A stretch of 64,000 nt of DNA from Nitrospirota bacterium (GCA_963663225.1 OY760142.1:704001-768000), one strand, 5' to 3'. Positions 26,162-38,056 are shown, counted from the stretch's first letter. A program made the numbers and translations. The notes: generated by a model from the sequence alone, not told the origin.

Positions 26162-27694
26162 TTACTGGATATCTGCCTTTCCGATATTTTCTCCTCCCTT
26201 AGTAGTTCCGGCAGTATACCCATTGGTAGATCGTTTCCCGAGTTTTAAAAGCCCTTTTTCTATCAATCGCTGAGCTGATTGTGCTACCTGCGGATCAAAC
26301 TGCCGCCCCGATTCCCTTGTAAGTTCCTGTAATACGTTTTCAGGAGGAATCATGCTTCGATACGGGCGTTCAGACACCATGGCTTCCACTGTATCAGCCA
26401 CCGCGAGAATTCTTGCCGTAAGCGTAATCTCCTCTCCGGCAAGTCCTTGTGGATATCCATTTCCATCGTATCGTTCATGGTGCTGGTGGATTGCATCAAT
26501 AATCTCGGGAGGAAATCCAATCGGTTCGAGAATCCTCACACCATACGCCGGGTGGTCCTTCATAATATTAAATTCTTCCTCGCTTAATTGGTTCGGCTTG
26601 CTGATGATGAGGTCACTAATGCCGATTTTGCCCACATCATGCAGAATGGCCGCGATATGAATATCCTCGAGTTCTATCGGTTTCACTCCCATGTCACGAG
26701 CAATTTCAACTGCATATCGTGCTACGTTGGTTGAGTGCCACCGAGTGTAAGGATCCTTTGCTTCAACCGCAGCGACGAGCGCTTGAATGGTACGAAAATA
26801 ATTCTCCTGCAAATCCTCAAAAAGTCCTGCATTTTCCATGGCAGTCACTACTTGCGTCGCCAGAATCGTAACAATCTGCAAGTCACTCGTAGTAAAAGCG
26901 GTACCGGAAAATTTACCTACGTTAAGAACGCCAAAAAACTTATTTTTCCCCATCAGCGGGACGGACATGCACGATGATGGGGAGTTCTCCTTGTTCATTG
27001 CGCTCATTACTTCTAGGTCTTGATGATGACCTGCAGAAATAATAAGTGGTTTTCCGTACTTGTACACTAAACCTGAAACTCCCTCTCCCTGTTTGCGACA
27101 TGCCCGGAGGGCAATATCAGCCGGAAGACCGTGGGAAGCACGAATCAAAAGATTTTCGGAAGCATCATCTACCAACATCAGGGAGACCCTGTCAGCGGAG
27201 AATTCCTGCACTAAGATATTAGTTATTAGCGTAAAGAGATTTTCGAGATCAATCTCTGTTACAAGCAGTTTACTGATTTCGAACAAAGGAATAAGTGCCT
27301 TGAGTCGAATATTTTCTTTTTTTAAACGGCAGCGATTTATCGTGCGATCCACGGCATTAAGAAGTTCTTCCTGGGTAAACGGCTTGAGCACAAAAGCATC
27401 TGCCCCCCGCCGGAGAGACTCAATAGCGATATCGAGAGTTGCATGTCCCGTGATTAAAATTATCATAATGTCCTGGTTCAAGCTCTTGGCCCGTTCAATA
27501 AGTTCTAAGCCGTCCATACCAGGCATCTTAACGTCTGTAATAAGGAGATCTGCAGATATGTGATTAAGTTCTTCTAAGGCTGCCGCAGCATTAGAAACAG
27601 TGTTGACTTGATATCCTTCGTCCATCAGCATATGATTGCATAAACTCCGGATCATGTGCTCATCATCTACAACCAGAATTTTCTCACCGGCCAT
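26162..27694 (-). CDS. REC-GAF-HD-GYP response regulator, putative c-di-GMP phosphodiesterase
   Basis: ILVVDD/LITDVKMP/KPF receiver; GAF with SCMSVPL; EAKDPYTRWHS, LHDVGKIG, HHERYDGNGYP. Confidence 0.93.
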   Translation of the reverse strand: MAGEKILVVDDEHMIRSLCNHMLMDEGYQVNTVSNAAAALEELNHISADLLITDVKMPGMDGLELIERAKSLNQDIMIILITGHATLDIAIESLRRGADAFVLKPFTQEELLNAVDRTINRCRLKKENIRLKALIPLFEISKLLVTEIDLENLFTLITNILVQEFSADRVSLMLVDDASENLLIRASHGLPADIALRACRKQGEGVSGLVYKYGKPLIISAGHHQDLEVMSAMNKENSPSSCMSVPLMGKNKFFGVLNVGKFSGTAFTTSDLQIVTILATQVVTAMENAGLFEDLQENYFRTIQALVAAVEAKDPYTRWHSTNVARYAVEIARDMGVKPIELEDIHIAAILHDVGKIGISDLIISKPNQLSEEEFNIMKDHPAYGVRILEPIGFPPEIIDAIHQHHERYDGNGYPQGLAGEEITLTARILAVADTVEAMVSERPYRSMIPPENVLQELTRESGRQFDPQVAQSAQRLIEKGLLKLGKRSTNGYTAGTTKGGENIGKADIQ

Positions 27695-27793
27695 AGTTCA
27701 CTCCATTTTTTTCACTGTTTCATATCAGGCCATCCGCAGTTTTTGCCGTTGGCCCATGTTTATGTTAATCATTAAGCTTTCGTATATTATCAC

Positions 27794-27828
27794 AAAAAAA
27801 AAACCCTGTAAACTCAGTACAGGGTTTT
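27794..27828 (-). terminator. Terminator of the alpha operon
   Basis: AAAACCCTGTA / TACAGGGTTTT stem with a long A-run on + (U-run on -). Confidence 0.85.
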
Positions 27829-27900
27829 CGTGGAACCAATAGTTTTCCATCGGCGTGTCACCAATCGGAAGTTATGTTTTGCGGTCAAGAAGATTAAAAC

Positions 27901-28416
27901 TTATTCTGCTGATTTTTCCGCTTTTTTCGTTGACGCATTTCTTTTCGTCTTTTGTTTCTCTGTGTCCTTAGCGTCTTCTGTTTTAGCGGGTTTTTTTGCA
28001 GCTTTTACTTCATTTTTTGATTTTTTTTCTGTTTTTTTAGGTTCAGCTGTTTCCTTCTTCTGCCGTTCCACAAATTCTATAACCGCCATAGGTGCGGCAT
28101 CGCCTAAACGATTGCGGGTTAATACAATTCTGGTATATCCGCCATTGCGTGAAGAGAATCTCGGAGCTACCGTTGTAAACAAGCTATTTACCACAGATTC
28201 GTCCTGGATAAAACTGAGTGCTTGCCGTCTGGAATGCAAATCACCACGTTTAGCCAAAGTAATCATTTTTTCAACAAGAGGCCTGATCTCTTTGGCTCTA
28301 GCAGTAGTTGTCTCGATTTTTTCGTTTTTTATTACTGCCCCTACAAGCATTCTCAACAATGCTTTGCGATGCCCTGAATCTCTTCCAAACTGTCTGCCTG
28401 CACAACCGTGTCTCAT
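27901..28416 (-). CDS. rplQ: 50S ribosomal protein L17 with Lys-rich C-terminal tail
   Basis: MRH...[24 protein letters not shown]. Confidence 0.97.
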   Translation of the reverse strand: MRHGCAGRQFGRDSGHRKALLRMLVGAVIKNEKIETTTARAKEIRPLVEKMITLAKRGDLHSRRQALSFIQDESVVNSLFTTVAPRFSSRNGGYTRIVLTRNRLGDAAPMAVIEFVERQKKETAEPKKTEKKSKNEVKAAKKPAKTEDAKDTEKQKTKRNASTKKAEKSAE

Positions 28417-28454
28417 TTTTTAATTCCTTATCTCTGTGATCGTAGGTAATATGT

Positions 28455-29477
28455 TTAAGCTTCGCTCGGCCGTTCTGCAAGAAGCCGCCGCGCTTCTGTC
28501 ACAATTTTATCATCAACTCTCATGCCGAGACTCAAACCCATTTCTGAGAGTATTTCTTTAATTTCATTAAGAGATTTTCTGCCGAAGTTCTTTGTTTTCA
28601 GCATTTCGCTTTCCGTTTTTTGCACCATCTCCGCAATGGTTTCAATTCCCGCATTTTTGAGACAGTTTGCTGCCCGGACAGAAAGTTCTAACTCATTAAC
28701 ACTCCGGAGCAGATTTTCATTAAACGGTGGGACCTTCCTGATTTCCTCTTCCAGAACCGGAGTTTCTTCTTCCTCCTCCGGCAGATGTATAAAAACGGCC
28801 AGATGATCTTTCAGGACTTTAGCCGCATGGGCTATAGCATCATCCGGACGGATGCTGCCGTCCGTTGAAACCTCAAGGACGAGCTTATCGTAGTCTGTGT
28901 CCTGTCCAACACGGGCATTTTCTACTTTGAAATTTACTTTGCGAATTGGAGAAAAAATCGAGTCAATCGGGATAACACCGATAGGCTGCCCTGGTTCTTT
29001 ATTCTTGTCTGAAGCGACATATCCCCTGCCGCGGCGCGCCCTCATTTCAATCTCCAGTTTGCCGCTTTTATCAATTGTTGCGATATGCAGATCCGGATTC
29101 AGTACTTCCACTTCCGGGTCGGATTCAATGTCCTTTGCAAATACATCTCCCGGGCCTTTTGCTCTAAGAAAAATAGTTTTCGTTTTATCTGTATGCAGTT
29201 TTAAACGGACTTCTTTTAAGTTTAGAATCAACTCCGTAGTATCTTCTACAACACCCGGAATGCTGGAAAACTCATGCTGAACTCCGCCAATTTTTAGCGA
29301 TGTAATAGCAGATCCTTCAAGCGACGAGAGAAGAACTCTTCGTAAGGAATTACCTAAGGTAGTGCCAAAACCGCGTTCCAGCGGCTCAGCTGTAAATTTT
29401 CCGAATGTATCTGTTATTTTTTTAGGATCGTATTGAAGCTTTTTAGGCATCTGAAAATCCTTGATTTTTTTAAGCAT
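28455..29477 (-). CDS. rpoA: RNA polymerase subunit alpha
   Basis: [42 protein letters not shown]. Confidence 0.98.
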   Translation of the reverse strand: MLKKIKDFQMPKKLQYDPKKITDTFGKFTAEPLERGFGTTLGNSLRRVLLSSLEGSAITSLKIGGVQHEFSSIPGVVEDTTELILNLKEVRLKLHTDKTKTIFLRAKGPGDVFAKDIESDPEVEVLNPDLHIATIDKSGKLEIEMRARRGRGYVASDKNKEPGQPIGVIPIDSIFSPIRKVNFKVENARVGQDTDYDKLVLEVSTDGSIRPDDAIAHAAKVLKDHLAVFIHLPEEEEETPVLEEEIRKVPPFNENLLRSVNELELSVRAANCLKNAGIETIAEMVQKTESEMLKTKNFGRKSLNEIKEILSEMGLSLGMRVDDKIVTEARRLLAERPSEA

Positions 29478-29587
29478 GGCTCCTCCGAAACGGAGTGAAT
29501 AAAATAATTATGATTGAGCAAAAAAGATATATCTGTTGAGGTAAGTTTTTGCTCCAAGTTCTCTGAAATGTGGAAACCGATTAAGTC

Positions 29588-30217
29588 TTATTTTGAATAG
29601 AGTTCGACGACAAGCTGCTCTTTCACTGTCGGCAGAGTACACTCGTCCCTTGCCGGCAATGCCAAGACTTTTCCGCGAAATTGCGTCTTATCGATTTCTA
29701 GCCACGTAGGAAATCCTCGTTTCTCTACTGCAGATAGGGTTTGCTGTATCTGGGCTATGTTTCGGCTTTTTTCCTTCAGTTCTACAATGTCTCCTGCCTT
29801 CAGCACATACGAGGGGATATTGACCTTTCGTCCATTTACCAGCAAATGACCGTGACGAACAAGTTGCCGTGCTTCTTTTTTAGAACCAGCAAAGCCCATT
29901 CTCTGAATTATATTATCCAATCGCCGTTCCAAAAGCTGCAGCAGATTATCACCGGTAATACCCTTCATGCGCTCAGCTTTTTCGAAATAGCCCCGGAATT
30001 GCCTTTCCAGCACACCATATACCCGCCGGATTTTTTGTTTTTCTCTGAGCTGCAAACTATATTCAGACTGTTTGACTCTCGCTTGACCATGCTGTCCGGG
30101 CGGATAGCTTCTGCGAGTTATTCCGCATTTATCCGTATAACAACGCTCCGCCTTTAGAAAAAGCTTCATTCCTTCTCTTCTGCAAAGCTTGCAAACTGAT
30201 CCAATATATCGTGCCAA
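29588..30217 (-). CDS. rpsD: 30S ribosomal protein S4
   Basis: [22 protein letters not shown]; TTG start. Confidence 0.98.
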   Translation of the reverse strand: MARYIGSVCKLCRREGMKLFLKAERCYTDKCGITRRSYPPGQHGQARVKQSEYSLQLREKQKIRRVYGVLERQFRGYFEKAERMKGITGDNLLQLLERRLDNIIQRMGFAGSKKEARQLVRHGHLLVNGRKVNIPSYVLKAGDIVELKEKSRNIAQIQQTLSAVEKRGFPTWLEIDKTQFRGKVLALPARDECTLPTVKEQLVVELYSK

Positions 30218-30261
30218 GTGTTTCTTCCTCCATTACTTACTGTTAAATACAGAAAAACTTA

Positions 30262-30636
30262 CTATACCCGTCTTCGTTTTGGCGGTCTGCAACCATTGTG
30301 GGGAATCGGAGTTACGTCCTTAATCGCAACAATTTCTAGGCCGGCGGCCTGTATCGATCTGATCGCAGATTCCCGGCCGGTTCCAGGGCCTTTAACATAC
30401 ACTTCAACCTGTTTCATTCCATGTTCCATTGCCTTTTTGGCCGCCGTCTCTGCAGCAAGTTGAGAGGCAAATGGGGTACTTTTTCTGGATCCTTTGAATC
30501 CTTTATTACCAGCACTTGACCAGGTAACTACATTTCCAGCCGCATCTGTAATTGTGACTATCGTATTATTAAATGAAGCATGGATATGGGCAATGCCGTT
30601 TGAAATATTCTTTTTTTCTTTCCCCTTTTTTGCCAT
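30262..30636 (-). CDS. rpsK: 30S ribosomal protein S11
   Basis: [25 protein letters not shown]. Confidence 0.98.
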   Translation of the reverse strand: MAKKGKEKKNISNGIAHIHASFNNTIVTITDAAGNVVTWSSAGNKGFKGSRKSTPFASQLAAETAAKKAMEHGMKQVEVYVKGPGTGRESAIRSIQAAGLEIVAIKDVTPIPHNGCRPPKRRRV

Positions 30637-30687
30637 TGTATCTCCTGTTATATATACAGCTTCAACCGCTATTGCTCAGCAACACGG

Positions 30688-31080
30688 CTACTTTTTCGCC
30701 AGGCCTTTTTTCTTCCCTCGACCGGACATCGCTGATTTTTTAGGTCCTTTTCTTGTTCTCGCATTGGTTTTCGTTCTTTGGCCCCGCGCAGGCAACCCTC
30801 TGCGATGCCTGAGACCCCGATAGCTGCCGATGTCCATCAGACGTTTAATGTGGGCCGTTATATCGCGCCGAAGATCGCCCTCGACGGTGAAATCGCGATC
30901 CAAAATAGTACGAATTTTGACTATATCAGACTCAGTAATATTTCCGCTCTTAGTATTCGGATCGACACCAGCAGCAGCAAGAATTTTTTTTGCGGATGTC
31001 GGCCCTATCCCATAAATATAAGTAAGCGCAATTTCAATTTTTTTATCTTTCGGTAAATCTATACCGGCAATTCGCGCCAC
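30688..31080 (-). CDS. rpsM: 30S ribosomal protein S13
   Basis: [23 protein letters not shown]. Confidence 0.98.
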   Translation of the reverse strand: MARIAGIDLPKDKKIEIALTYIYGIGPTSAKKILAAAGVDPNTKSGNITESDIVKIRTILDRDFTVEGDLRRDITAHIKRLMDIGSYRGLRHRRGLPARGQRTKTNARTRKGPKKSAMSGRGKKKGLAKK

Positions 31081-31165
31081 GGTTCCTCCTCATACATACA
31101 TCGTCTTCCGTAATAGAGATCTGGTTCTGGACACCATGATCCCGCTGATGACAGAATTATTGATT

Positions 31166-31279
31166 TTACCCCTGCCGCTGTTTATGGCGTGCATTGTCAC
31201 AAATCACACGAACAATACCTTTTCGCCTGATGATCATACACTTAGGGCAAATTTTGCGAACTGACGAACGAACTTTCAT
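31166..31279 (-). CDS. rpmJ: 50S ribosomal protein L36
   Basis: Hand-translated [37 protein letters not shown]. Confidence 0.97.
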   Translation of the reverse strand: MKVRSSVRKICPKCMIIRRKGIVRVICDNARHKQRQG

Positions 31280-31332
31280 TTCATACCACATCCATTTCTT
31301 CAGGATTTTATGCGTATTTTGCAAACACAATG

Positions 31333-31551
31333 CTACTTGAAACGATACGTAATTCTCCCTCTTGTCAAATCATAAGGAGTAAGTTCAACTGTCACTTTGT
31401 CTCCGGGAAGTATTTTAATAAAATGCATGCGCATTTTACCGGAAATATGTGCCAGTATTTTGTGGCCGTTTTCCATTTCAACCCGAAACATGGCGTTCGG
31501 GAGCGTCTCCAGCACCGTACCTTGTACCTCTATGGAATCTTCCTTAGCCAT
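31333..31551 (-). CDS. infA: Translation initiation factor IF-1
   Basis: [25 protein letters not shown]. Confidence 0.98.
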   Translation of the reverse strand: MAKEDSIEVQGTVLETLPNAMFRVEMENGHKILAHISGKMRMHFIKILPGDKVTVELTPYDLTRGRITYRFK

Positions 31552-31603
31552 CTTCCCGTTTTACCATGTTCCTATATAGTCTTGATTCCGTACTTAAAAA
31601 AGT

Positions 31604-32353
31604 TTATTTTGTCGTCAGTATCCAAGGACCTTCAGGCATAATTGCAACTGTATGCTCAAAGTGCGCCGAAAGACTGCCGTCTGCCGTTACTGCAGTCCAG
31701 TTATCATCCTTCACAACTGTTGCGCTTCCTCCCGTGTTGACCATTGGCTCAATAGCCAATACCATTCCCGGTTTCAACCTCGGTCCCTGGCCGCGGGTGC
31801 CGAAATTCGGAATTTGTGGATCTTCGTGAAGATTTCTTCCGATCCCATGGCCCACAAAATCCTTAACGACTGAATAGCCTTCTGATTCAACAAAAGCCTG
31901 TATTGCATACGAAACATCATACAAGTGATTTCCCGGCTGTGCTTTTTCTATCCCCAGCGCAAGAGCTTGTTCTGTGGTACGAATTAAGCGTTCCGCCTCA
32001 GAAGATACTCGCCCGACGGGTAGTGTTACTGCAGCGTCACCATAAAATCCATCAGCAATGGCCCCTACATCGATGCTGATTATATCGCCTTGCCGGAGAA
32101 CAACGTTTTCTGATGGTATCCCATGTACTATTTCATTGTTGAGCGAAGTGCATAGTGTTTTTGTATAGCCTCGGTATCCTTTAAATGCCGGCTTTGCTCC
32201 AGCCGCGCGTATAAACCTTTCAGCCTCTTCATCCAGATACTTCGTTGTGACCCCTGGTTGAATCATGCTGCGTATATGTTCGAGTACGTTGGCAACAATT
32301 ACGCTTGCTTTTCGTATTTTTTCAATTTCCTGGCGGGATTTAAGAATAATCAT
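31604..32353 (-). CDS. map: Type I methionine aminopeptidase
   Basis: VHGIP, GHGIG, HEDP, AIEPM, SAHFEHT. Confidence 0.97.
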   Translation of the reverse strand: MIILKSRQEIEKIRKASVIVANVLEHIRSMIQPGVTTKYLDEEAERFIRAAGAKPAFKGYRGYTKTLCTSLNNEIVHGIPSENVVLRQGDIISIDVGAIADGFYGDAAVTLPVGRVSSEAERLIRTTEQALALGIEKAQPGNHLYDVSYAIQAFVESEGYSVVKDFVGHGIGRNLHEDPQIPNFGTRGQGPRLKPGMVLAIEPMVNTGGSATVVKDDNWTAVTADGSLSAHFEHTVAIMPEGPWILTTK

Positions 32354-32368
32354 GATACATCCCGGCTA

Positions 32369-33667
32369 TCAACGTCTCCCCTTGATGGAAACACCTTTCA
32401 AAAAACCACCATAGTGTCTTTGTATTAAGTGCGACTCTATTTGCGAGACAGTATCCAGGGCAACTCCAATCACAATCAGCAATGACGTGCCGCCGAAATA
32501 AAAAGGCACATTAAAGAACCTGTAAAAAATATCGGGCAAAACACAGACCGCTGAAAGGTATAACGCTCCGCCGAGAGTGATGCGTGTAAGCACTCTATAT
32601 AAATAATCAGAAGTTTTCTTTCCAGGCCTGATGCCAGGGATAAATCCACCGTACTTCTTCAGGTTATCAGCAATATCCACAGGATTAAAGACGATAGCGG
32701 TGTAAAAATAAGCGAAGAAAACAATCATGAGAACATATACTATCGTATAAAGCCAGCTTCCTGGAGAAAGCTGCTGAGCTATTTGCTGCACCCATTCAAC
32801 TTGTGCAAATCCTGCAATTGTTGCAGGAAATAATAAGATAGACGATGCAAAAATCGGCGGGATAACTCCAGCCGAGTTGACTTTGAGAGGTAAGTGTGTA
32901 CTCTGACCTTTATAAATTTTACGGCCAACCATTCGTTGCGCATATTGGATGGCAATTTTTCGCTGGCCGCGTTCCATAATGATAATTGCAGCAACTACTG
33001 CAATAATAATGGCAAGAATGACAAATATCATGAAATATTGTATCTCGCCTGCTCTCATAAGCTGATAGGTATTCACCACCGCACTCGGGAAGCCCGCAAC
33101 AATACCTGCAAAAATTACAAGAGAGATCCCGTTCCCAATGCCTCTTTCCGTAATCTGCTCTCCAAGCCACATGATAAATGTGGTCCCTGCTGTCAGGGTG
33201 ATCATGGTGAGAATGCGAAATGTCCAGCCGGTCGATTCCACAAAAGCACCGTCTCCCATTTTTTCAATGCCGACAGCCATCCAGAAAGATTGAAAAGCAG
33301 ATATAAATACCGTGCCGTACCGTGTATATTCAGTTATTTTTTTCCTGCCTGCCTCACCCTCTTTCGCAAGCGCCTGCAATCGAGGAATTACCACTGTTAA
33401 AAGCTGGAGGACAATCGAAGCGGTAATATAAGGCATAATGCCAAGGGCAAAAATCGTAACCCTTGAAAGAGCACCACCGGAAAACATGTCAAAAAAACCC
33501 ATCAGGCCGCCTGCCGATTGGTGCAAAAACTGGCTCAGCGCCTCTCCCTTCACCCCAGGTGTAGGGATATGAGCTCCAATGCGGTACACAGCAAGCATCA
33601 TAAGCGTAAATATGATGCGATTTCTAAGCTCAGGGATATTGAATATGTTTTTCATGCCGGAGAACAA
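32369..33667 (-). CDS. secY: Preprotein translocase subunit SecY
   Basis: FALGIMPYITASI, GIGNGISL, GVIPPIFA, IPGIRPG. Confidence 0.98.
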   Translation of the reverse strand: MFSGMKNIFNIPELRNRIIFTLMMLAVYRIGAHIPTPGVKGEALSQFLHQSAGGLMGFFDMFSGGALSRVTIFALGIMPYITASIVLQLLTVVIPRLQALAKEGEAGRKKITEYTRYGTVFISAFQSFWMAVGIEKMGDGAFVESTGWTFRILTMITLTAGTTFIMWLGEQITERGIGNGISLVIFAGIVAGFPSAVVNTYQLMRAGEIQYFMIFVILAIIIAVVAAIIIMERGQRKIAIQYAQRMVGRKIYKGQSTHLPLKVNSAGVIPPIFASSILLFPATIAGFAQVEWVQQIAQQLSPGSWLYTIVYVLMIVFFAYFYTAIVFNPVDIADNLKKYGGFIPGIRPGKKTSDYLYRVLTRITLGGALYLSAVCVLPDIFYRFFNVPFYFGGTSLLIVIGVALDTVSQIESHLIQRHYGGFLKGVSIKGRR

Positions 33668-33670
33668 GAA

Positions 33671-34111
33671 TTATAGTACCTCTGCCTTCCCGCCAGCCGC
33701 TTCAATTTTCTCAAGTGCACTTTTGCTGAACTTATGGGCACGAACGACAAGCTTGAATTTAAGTTCCCCTTTGCCGAGTATCTTAACTTCTGACTTATTG
33801 TTCTTGATCAAACCCTTTTGTACAAGCAATTCAGGTGTTACGGAATCATTTCCCTGCAATTTGTCCAAGTCGGAAATATTTATAATAGCATATTCTTTTT
33901 TAAAGATATTAGTAAAGCCTCTTTTAGGAATTCTCCGCTGAAGAGGCATCTGGCCGCCTTCAAAACCGGGACCTTTCACACCACCTGAGCGTGCTTTCTG
34001 TCCTTTATGCCCCTTCGAGGCGGTTTTTCCTGAGCCGGACCCAACTCCTCGACCGACTCTTTTTGATTTTTTTGTTGCCCCTTGTGCGGGCTTTAATTCT
34101 TCTAATTTCAT
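33671..34111 (-). CDS. rplO: 50S ribosomal protein L15
   Basis: [16 protein letters not shown]. Confidence 0.98.
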   Translation of the reverse strand: MKLEELKPAQGATKKSKRVGRGVGSGSGKTASKGHKGQKARSGGVKGPGFEGGQMPLQRRIPKRGFTNIFKKEYAIINISDLDKLQGNDSVTPELLVQKGLIKNNKSEVKILGKGELKFKLVVRAHKFSKSALEKIEAAGGKAEVL

Positions 34112-34158
34112 AGTTAGCTCACGACCGTTCTAGTAAAGTGCAATAAAATAGATTTTAT

Positions 34159-34353
34159 CTATGCTTCTTCAACCTTAATGAGATGACCGACTTTATCAAT
34201 CATCCCGCGAATTTGAGGAGTATCTGTACGGATAACGGAATGATTCAGTTTTTTGAGGCCAAGCCCAAGAAGCACGGCTTTATGCTTTCCGGGCCGAGCA
34301 ATTGCACTTCTTGTCAGTGTAATTTTAATTTTTTTTGCGTCAGACTTTACCAT
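34159..34353 (-). CDS. rpmD: 50S ribosomal protein L30
   Basis: [21 protein letters not shown]; position in operon. Confidence 0.95.
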   Translation of the reverse strand: MVKSDAKKIKITLTRSAIARPGKHKAVLLGLGLKKLNHSVIRTDTPQIRGMIDKVGHLIKVEEA

Positions 34354-34355
34354 GC

Positions 34356-34865
34356 CTATGCTAGCTCCTCTACAGATTTACCGCGAAGTGACGCTACCTG
34401 ATCTACGCTTCTCAGCCTGATCAGGCCGTTGATCGTGGCGCTCACAACATTATGCGGATTGCTCGATCCCAGCGATTTGCATAGAACATTCCGGATCCCG
34501 ACGACTTCAAGCACAGACCTGCTTGCTCCGCCGGCGATCAATCCGGTGCCCTCTGAAGCTGGTTTGAGAAGTACTCTGCCTGCTCCATAATGGCCAAGTA
34601 TTTCGTGGGGGATAGTATCGCCCTTTAGAGAAACAAGAACCATGTTCTTTTTGGCGCGTTCCACAGCTTTCTTGATCGCTACCGGTGCCTCTGCAGCTTT
34701 TCCTTTGCCAACCCCTACCTTGCCGTTGCCATCGCCGACAACAACAAGCGCGCTGAAATTAAAACGTTTACCACCCTTAACCACCTTTGCTACCCGGTTC
34801 AGGTAAACGAGTTTATCTTTTAAACCATCGCTTTCTTCCGCTTCTTTGTTATATCTTTCTGCCAA
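34356..34865 (-). CDS. rpsE: 30S ribosomal protein S5
   Basis: [21 protein letters not shown]. Confidence 0.98.
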   Translation of the reverse strand: MAERYNKEAEESDGLKDKLVYLNRVAKVVKGGKRFNFSALVVVGDGNGKVGVGKGKAAEAPVAIKKAVERAKKNMVLVSLKGDTIPHEILGHYGAGRVLLKPASEGTGLIAGGASRSVLEVVGIRNVLCKSLGSSNPHNVVSATINGLIRLRSVDQVASLRGKSVEELA

Positions 34866-34890
34866 TGCCGCCTCCGCAGTAAATATCTTT

Positions 34891-35259
34891 CTAGAAATTT
34901 AACCCGTTATTGCGCGCCGCATCCGCTAGAGCTTTAATGCAGCCATGGTATTTATAACCGCCTCGGTCGAACACGACTTGCTTGATACTTTTACCCAGTG
35001 CTCGTTCCGCTATACATGTTCCGACTTTTTTGGCGGCTTCGACATTTCCGCCGTGCTTCAACTCGCTCTTCAGCGTTTTTTCCGTAGAAGACGCCGCAAT
35101 CAGTGTCTTTCCGGTCGTATCATCAATAAGTTGTGCGTAGATATGGCTTAAGCTTTTAAATACGCTCAACCTTGGTTTATCGGCAGTTCCATATATATTT
35201 TTTCTAACTCTAGCATGCCGTCTTTGTCTTGCTTTTAATTTGCTCTGCGACACAGTCAC
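34891..35259 (-). CDS. rplR: 50S ribosomal protein L18
   Basis: [20 protein letters not shown]. Confidence 0.98.
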   Translation of the reverse strand: MTVSQSKLKARQRRHARVRKNIYGTADKPRLSVFKSLSHIYAQLIDDTTGKTLIAASSTEKTLKSELKHGGNVEAAKKVGTCIAERALGKSIKQVVFDRGGYKYHGCIKALADAARNNGLNF

Positions 35260-35320
35260 TCTCCGTTCAGCACGATGCAGGTTGGTTCAAGTCCATCGCG
35301 TTTATAGCTAATGTATTGTT

Positions 35321-35872
35321 TTACTTTCCGCCAGTTTTACCGGCTTTTCCTTCCTTGCGCTGGATTATTTCACCGCCGTACTTGATGCCTTTTCCTTTAT
35401 AGGGTTCCGGTTTTTTCAAGCTTCTCAAGTTTGCAGCAATTTGCCCTACAAGCTGCTTATCAATTCCTTTAAGCGTAATCAGGGTTTGCTTTGAGTCAAC
35501 CGTCGCTTTAATGCCTTTTGGCAATGGATAGACAATAGGGTGAGAAAAACCGAGGTTTAAAATTAAGTTTGTTCCCTGTGCAGCGGCTTTAAAACCGACC
35601 CCGGATATTTCCAACGTTTTTTCATATCCCTTGCTCACTCCGATTACCATATTGGCAACCAAGTTTCTCGTCAGCCCGTGCAGCTCTCGATAAATTTTTT
35701 GATTTGACGGTCGTTCAACAGTGAGTTTATTATTTTCTTTTTTGATGGCCAAATTAGGATTAACATCCTGGCTGATTTCGCCCAGCGGCCCCTTTACAGT
35801 TACCTTCCCGGTCTCAAGCTTAGCATCGACACCGGACGGCAATTCAATTGGTTTTTTACCAACCCTTGACAT
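35321..35872 (-). CDS. rplF: 50S ribosomal protein L6
   Basis: MSRVGKKPI, PEPYKGKGI. Confidence 0.98.
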   Translation of the reverse strand: MSRVGKKPIELPSGVDAKLETGKVTVKGPLGEISQDVNPNLAIKKENNKLTVERPSNQKIYRELHGLTRNLVANMVIGVSKGYEKTLEISGVGFKAAAQGTNLILNLGFSHPIVYPLPKGIKATVDSKQTLITLKGIDKQLVGQIAANLRSLKKPEPYKGKGIKYGGEIIQRKEGKAGKTGGK

Positions 35873-35911
35873 AACAACTCCTAACGTTCTAATAGGCAAA
35901 AATTAAAAACA

Positions 35912-36307
35912 TCACCAAACGTGACAGATAACTTCTCCGCCGACATTGTCCTTTTTCGCCTGTTTTCCGGTTTGAATTCCCTTCGGCGTTGACATAATGG
36001 CTGTGCCAAGCCCTGCTAAAACTTTCGGAATCGCATCATTCCCTGCGTAAACCCTGCGGCCAGGCCTGCTAATGCGTTTCAAGCCCTGAATAATGGGAGC
36101 CTCATCTTCCGTATACTTAAGGTATATACGGATCAAACCCTGCCTGCGGTCTTTTACTAATTTTACGTTTTTGACATATCCTTCGTCTTTCAAAATCTTA
36201 GCAATTTCAATTTTCAATTTTGAGGAAGGAATATCAACTTTTTCTTGTTTTGCCTTACTGGCATTGCGAATACGCGTCAGCATATCCGCTATTGGATCGG
36301 TCATCAT
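35912..36307 (-). CDS. rpsH: 30S ribosomal protein S8
   Basis: [21 protein letters not shown]. Confidence 0.98.
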   Translation of the reverse strand: MMTDPIADMLTRIRNASKAKQEKVDIPSSKLKIEIAKILKDEGYVKNVKLVKDRRQGLIRIYLKYTEDEAPIIQGLKRISRPGRRVYAGNDAIPKVLAGLGTAIMSTPKGIQTGKQAKKDNVGGEVICHVW

Positions 36308-36327
36308 TGATTCAAACCCCTCTTTTT

Positions 36328-36513
36328 TTACCAGCTTGCCTTAATAACGCCCGGAATCTCTCCCTTAAGCGCTCTATTTCTAAAGCAGATTCTGCACATG
36401 TCAAACTTTCGCAGATACCCTCGTGCTCGGCCGCAAAGCGGACAACGGTTATACGTACGCACCTTGAATTTAGGGGCTCTGGTTGCTTTTGCTATAAGTG
36501 ACTTCTTTGCCAT
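36328..36513 (-). CDS. rpsN: 30S ribosomal protein S14, zinc-binding type Z
   Basis: RCPLCGR...MCRICFR, 61 aa. Confidence 0.97.
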   Translation of the reverse strand: MAKKSLIAKATRAPKFKVRTYNRCPLCGRARGYLRKFDMCRICFRNRALKGEIPGVIKASW

Positions 36514-36542
36514 AGTTCCTCCATTACATCCGGATTGCCGGT

Positions 36543-37268
36543 TTACTTCCGGTACGGCATACCCAGATGTCCGAGCAACGCCCTGCCTTCCTCATCTGTC
36601 TTCGCCGTTGTTACGATCACAATATCAAGGCCATGTATTGAGTCAACCTTGTCAAGTTCTATTTCCGGAAAAATAACTTGCTCTTTAACGCCGAGCGTAT
36701 AATTTCCTCGACCATCAAAGGATTTCGATGGTACTCCTTTAAAGTCGCGGATTCTCGGCAGCGCTGCGCTAATAAGGCGGTCGAGAAATTCATACATACG
36801 TTCACGCCTGAGGGTTACCATGCATCCGATCGGCATTCCCTCCCGCAGTTTGAATGTTGCAATAGACTTCCGCGCATGAGTTATAACAGGCTTCTGCCCT
36901 GAGATCCTGCCCAATTCATCTGCAGCATGCTCCAAGGCTTTTGCATTGGAAATCGCCTCTCCCATTCCAACATTCAACACTACTTTCAGGAGTTTTGGCG
37001 CCTGCATTGTATTTTTATAACGGAATTCCTTCATAAGCGCCGGAACAACAACCTCACGATATCGTTGTTGTAGTCGCGGAGTCGGAACTCGTTCTGGAGC
37101 CTGTTTTTCCACAGAAGCTCCAGAGGCGGCTTCATCTGGCTTTCCCTGCTTAGCTGATTCTTTCCCTTTTGACTTTCCTGCCGTCGTTTTCGGAGCTTTA
37201 GGCGAGGCCTGCTTTTCTCCGGGACCGCCTTTAGATTCTTTTGTCGTTTTATCTTTCTTGTCCGCCAT
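36543..37268 (-). CDS. rplE: 50S ribosomal protein L5 with ~60 aa N-terminal extension
   Basis: [35 protein letters not shown]. Confidence 0.97.
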   Translation of the reverse strand: MADKKDKTTKESKGGPGEKQASPKAPKTTAGKSKGKESAKQGKPDEAASGASVEKQAPERVPTPRLQQRYREVVVPALMKEFRYKNTMQAPKLLKVVLNVGMGEAISNAKALEHAADELGRISGQKPVITHARKSIATFKLREGMPIGCMVTLRRERMYEFLDRLISAALPRIRDFKGVPSKSFDGRGNYTLGVKEQVIFPEIELDKVDSIHGLDIVIVTTAKTDEEGRALLGHLGMPYRK

Positions 37269-37332
37269 AGTATCGCTTTCCTATTTTACCCGGTTCACCG
37301 TAATTCAAAGACCCGCTTCGATAACTTGTCGT

Positions 37333-37644
37333 TTAATCGATAACGGCATTGCAAAGTTTACATACGCGAGCGCGCGTGCCATCTCCCTGCACTTTGCGTG
37401 AAACCGAAGTAGGTTTATCGCACTTCGGGCAAATCAGTTTTGTATTCGACGCCGCTATCGGGCTTTCTTTTTCTACGATGCCACCCTGTTTTAATTGCTG
37501 ATTCGGCCGCGTGTGCCGCTTAATCATATTCAGTTTTTCCACAAGGAGCCGGTTTGCAGCAGGATATACGGTAATAACTCTGCCTTTTTTACCTTTTTCC
37601 TTGCCTGTAACGACCATCACGGTATCATTCTTTTTTATTTGCAT
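37333..37644 (-). CDS. rplX: 50S ribosomal protein L24
   Basis: IKKNDTVMVVTGKEKGK, GGIVEKESPI. Confidence 0.97.
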   Translation of the reverse strand: MQIKKNDTVMVVTGKEKGKKGRVITVYPAANRLLVEKLNMIKRHTRPNQQLKQGGIVEKESPIAASNTKLICPKCDKPTSVSRKVQGDGTRARVCKLCNAVID

Positions 37645-37687
37645 TTTCAAATCCTGCTTTGCACAAAAATGGTATGAAACGTTTAGG

Positions 37688-38056
37688 CTATAAAACTTCC
37701 GGTGCAAGTGAAATAATTTTCATAAAGTTCTTTTTTCGGAGCTCACGCGCTACGGGTCCGAAAATGCGCGTTCCGATTGGTTCGTTTTGATTATTGATCA
37801 AAACAGCAGCATTCCGATCGAACTTTATATACGAACCGTCCTGCCGGCGGACTTCTTTCGTCGTACGCACAACAACGGCTTTGGCAACTGTTCCTTTTTT
37901 AACTTGCCCCTCTGGAATTGCCATTTTAATAGCAACGACAATCACGTCACCCAGCGTAGCATAACGCTTGCGTGTGCCGCCTAATACTTTAATGCACATT
38001 ACTTTTTTTGCGCCGGAATTATCCGCCACATCCAATACTGTCTGCTGCTGAATCAT
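37688..38056 (-). CDS. rplN: 50S ribosomal protein L14
   Basis: [20 protein letters not shown]. Confidence 0.98.
   Translation of the reverse strand: MIQQQTVLDVADNSGAKKVMCIKVLGGTRKRYATLGDVIVVAIKMAIPEGQVKKGTVAKAVVVRTTKEVRRQDGSYIKFDRNAAVLINNQNEPIGTRIFGPVARELRKKNFMKIISLAPEVL

Noticed and set aside
27745-27770. dif-like XerD arm TTATGTTAA
   Set aside because: No XerC arm, and a position beside the ribosomal operons is not expected for a terminus.
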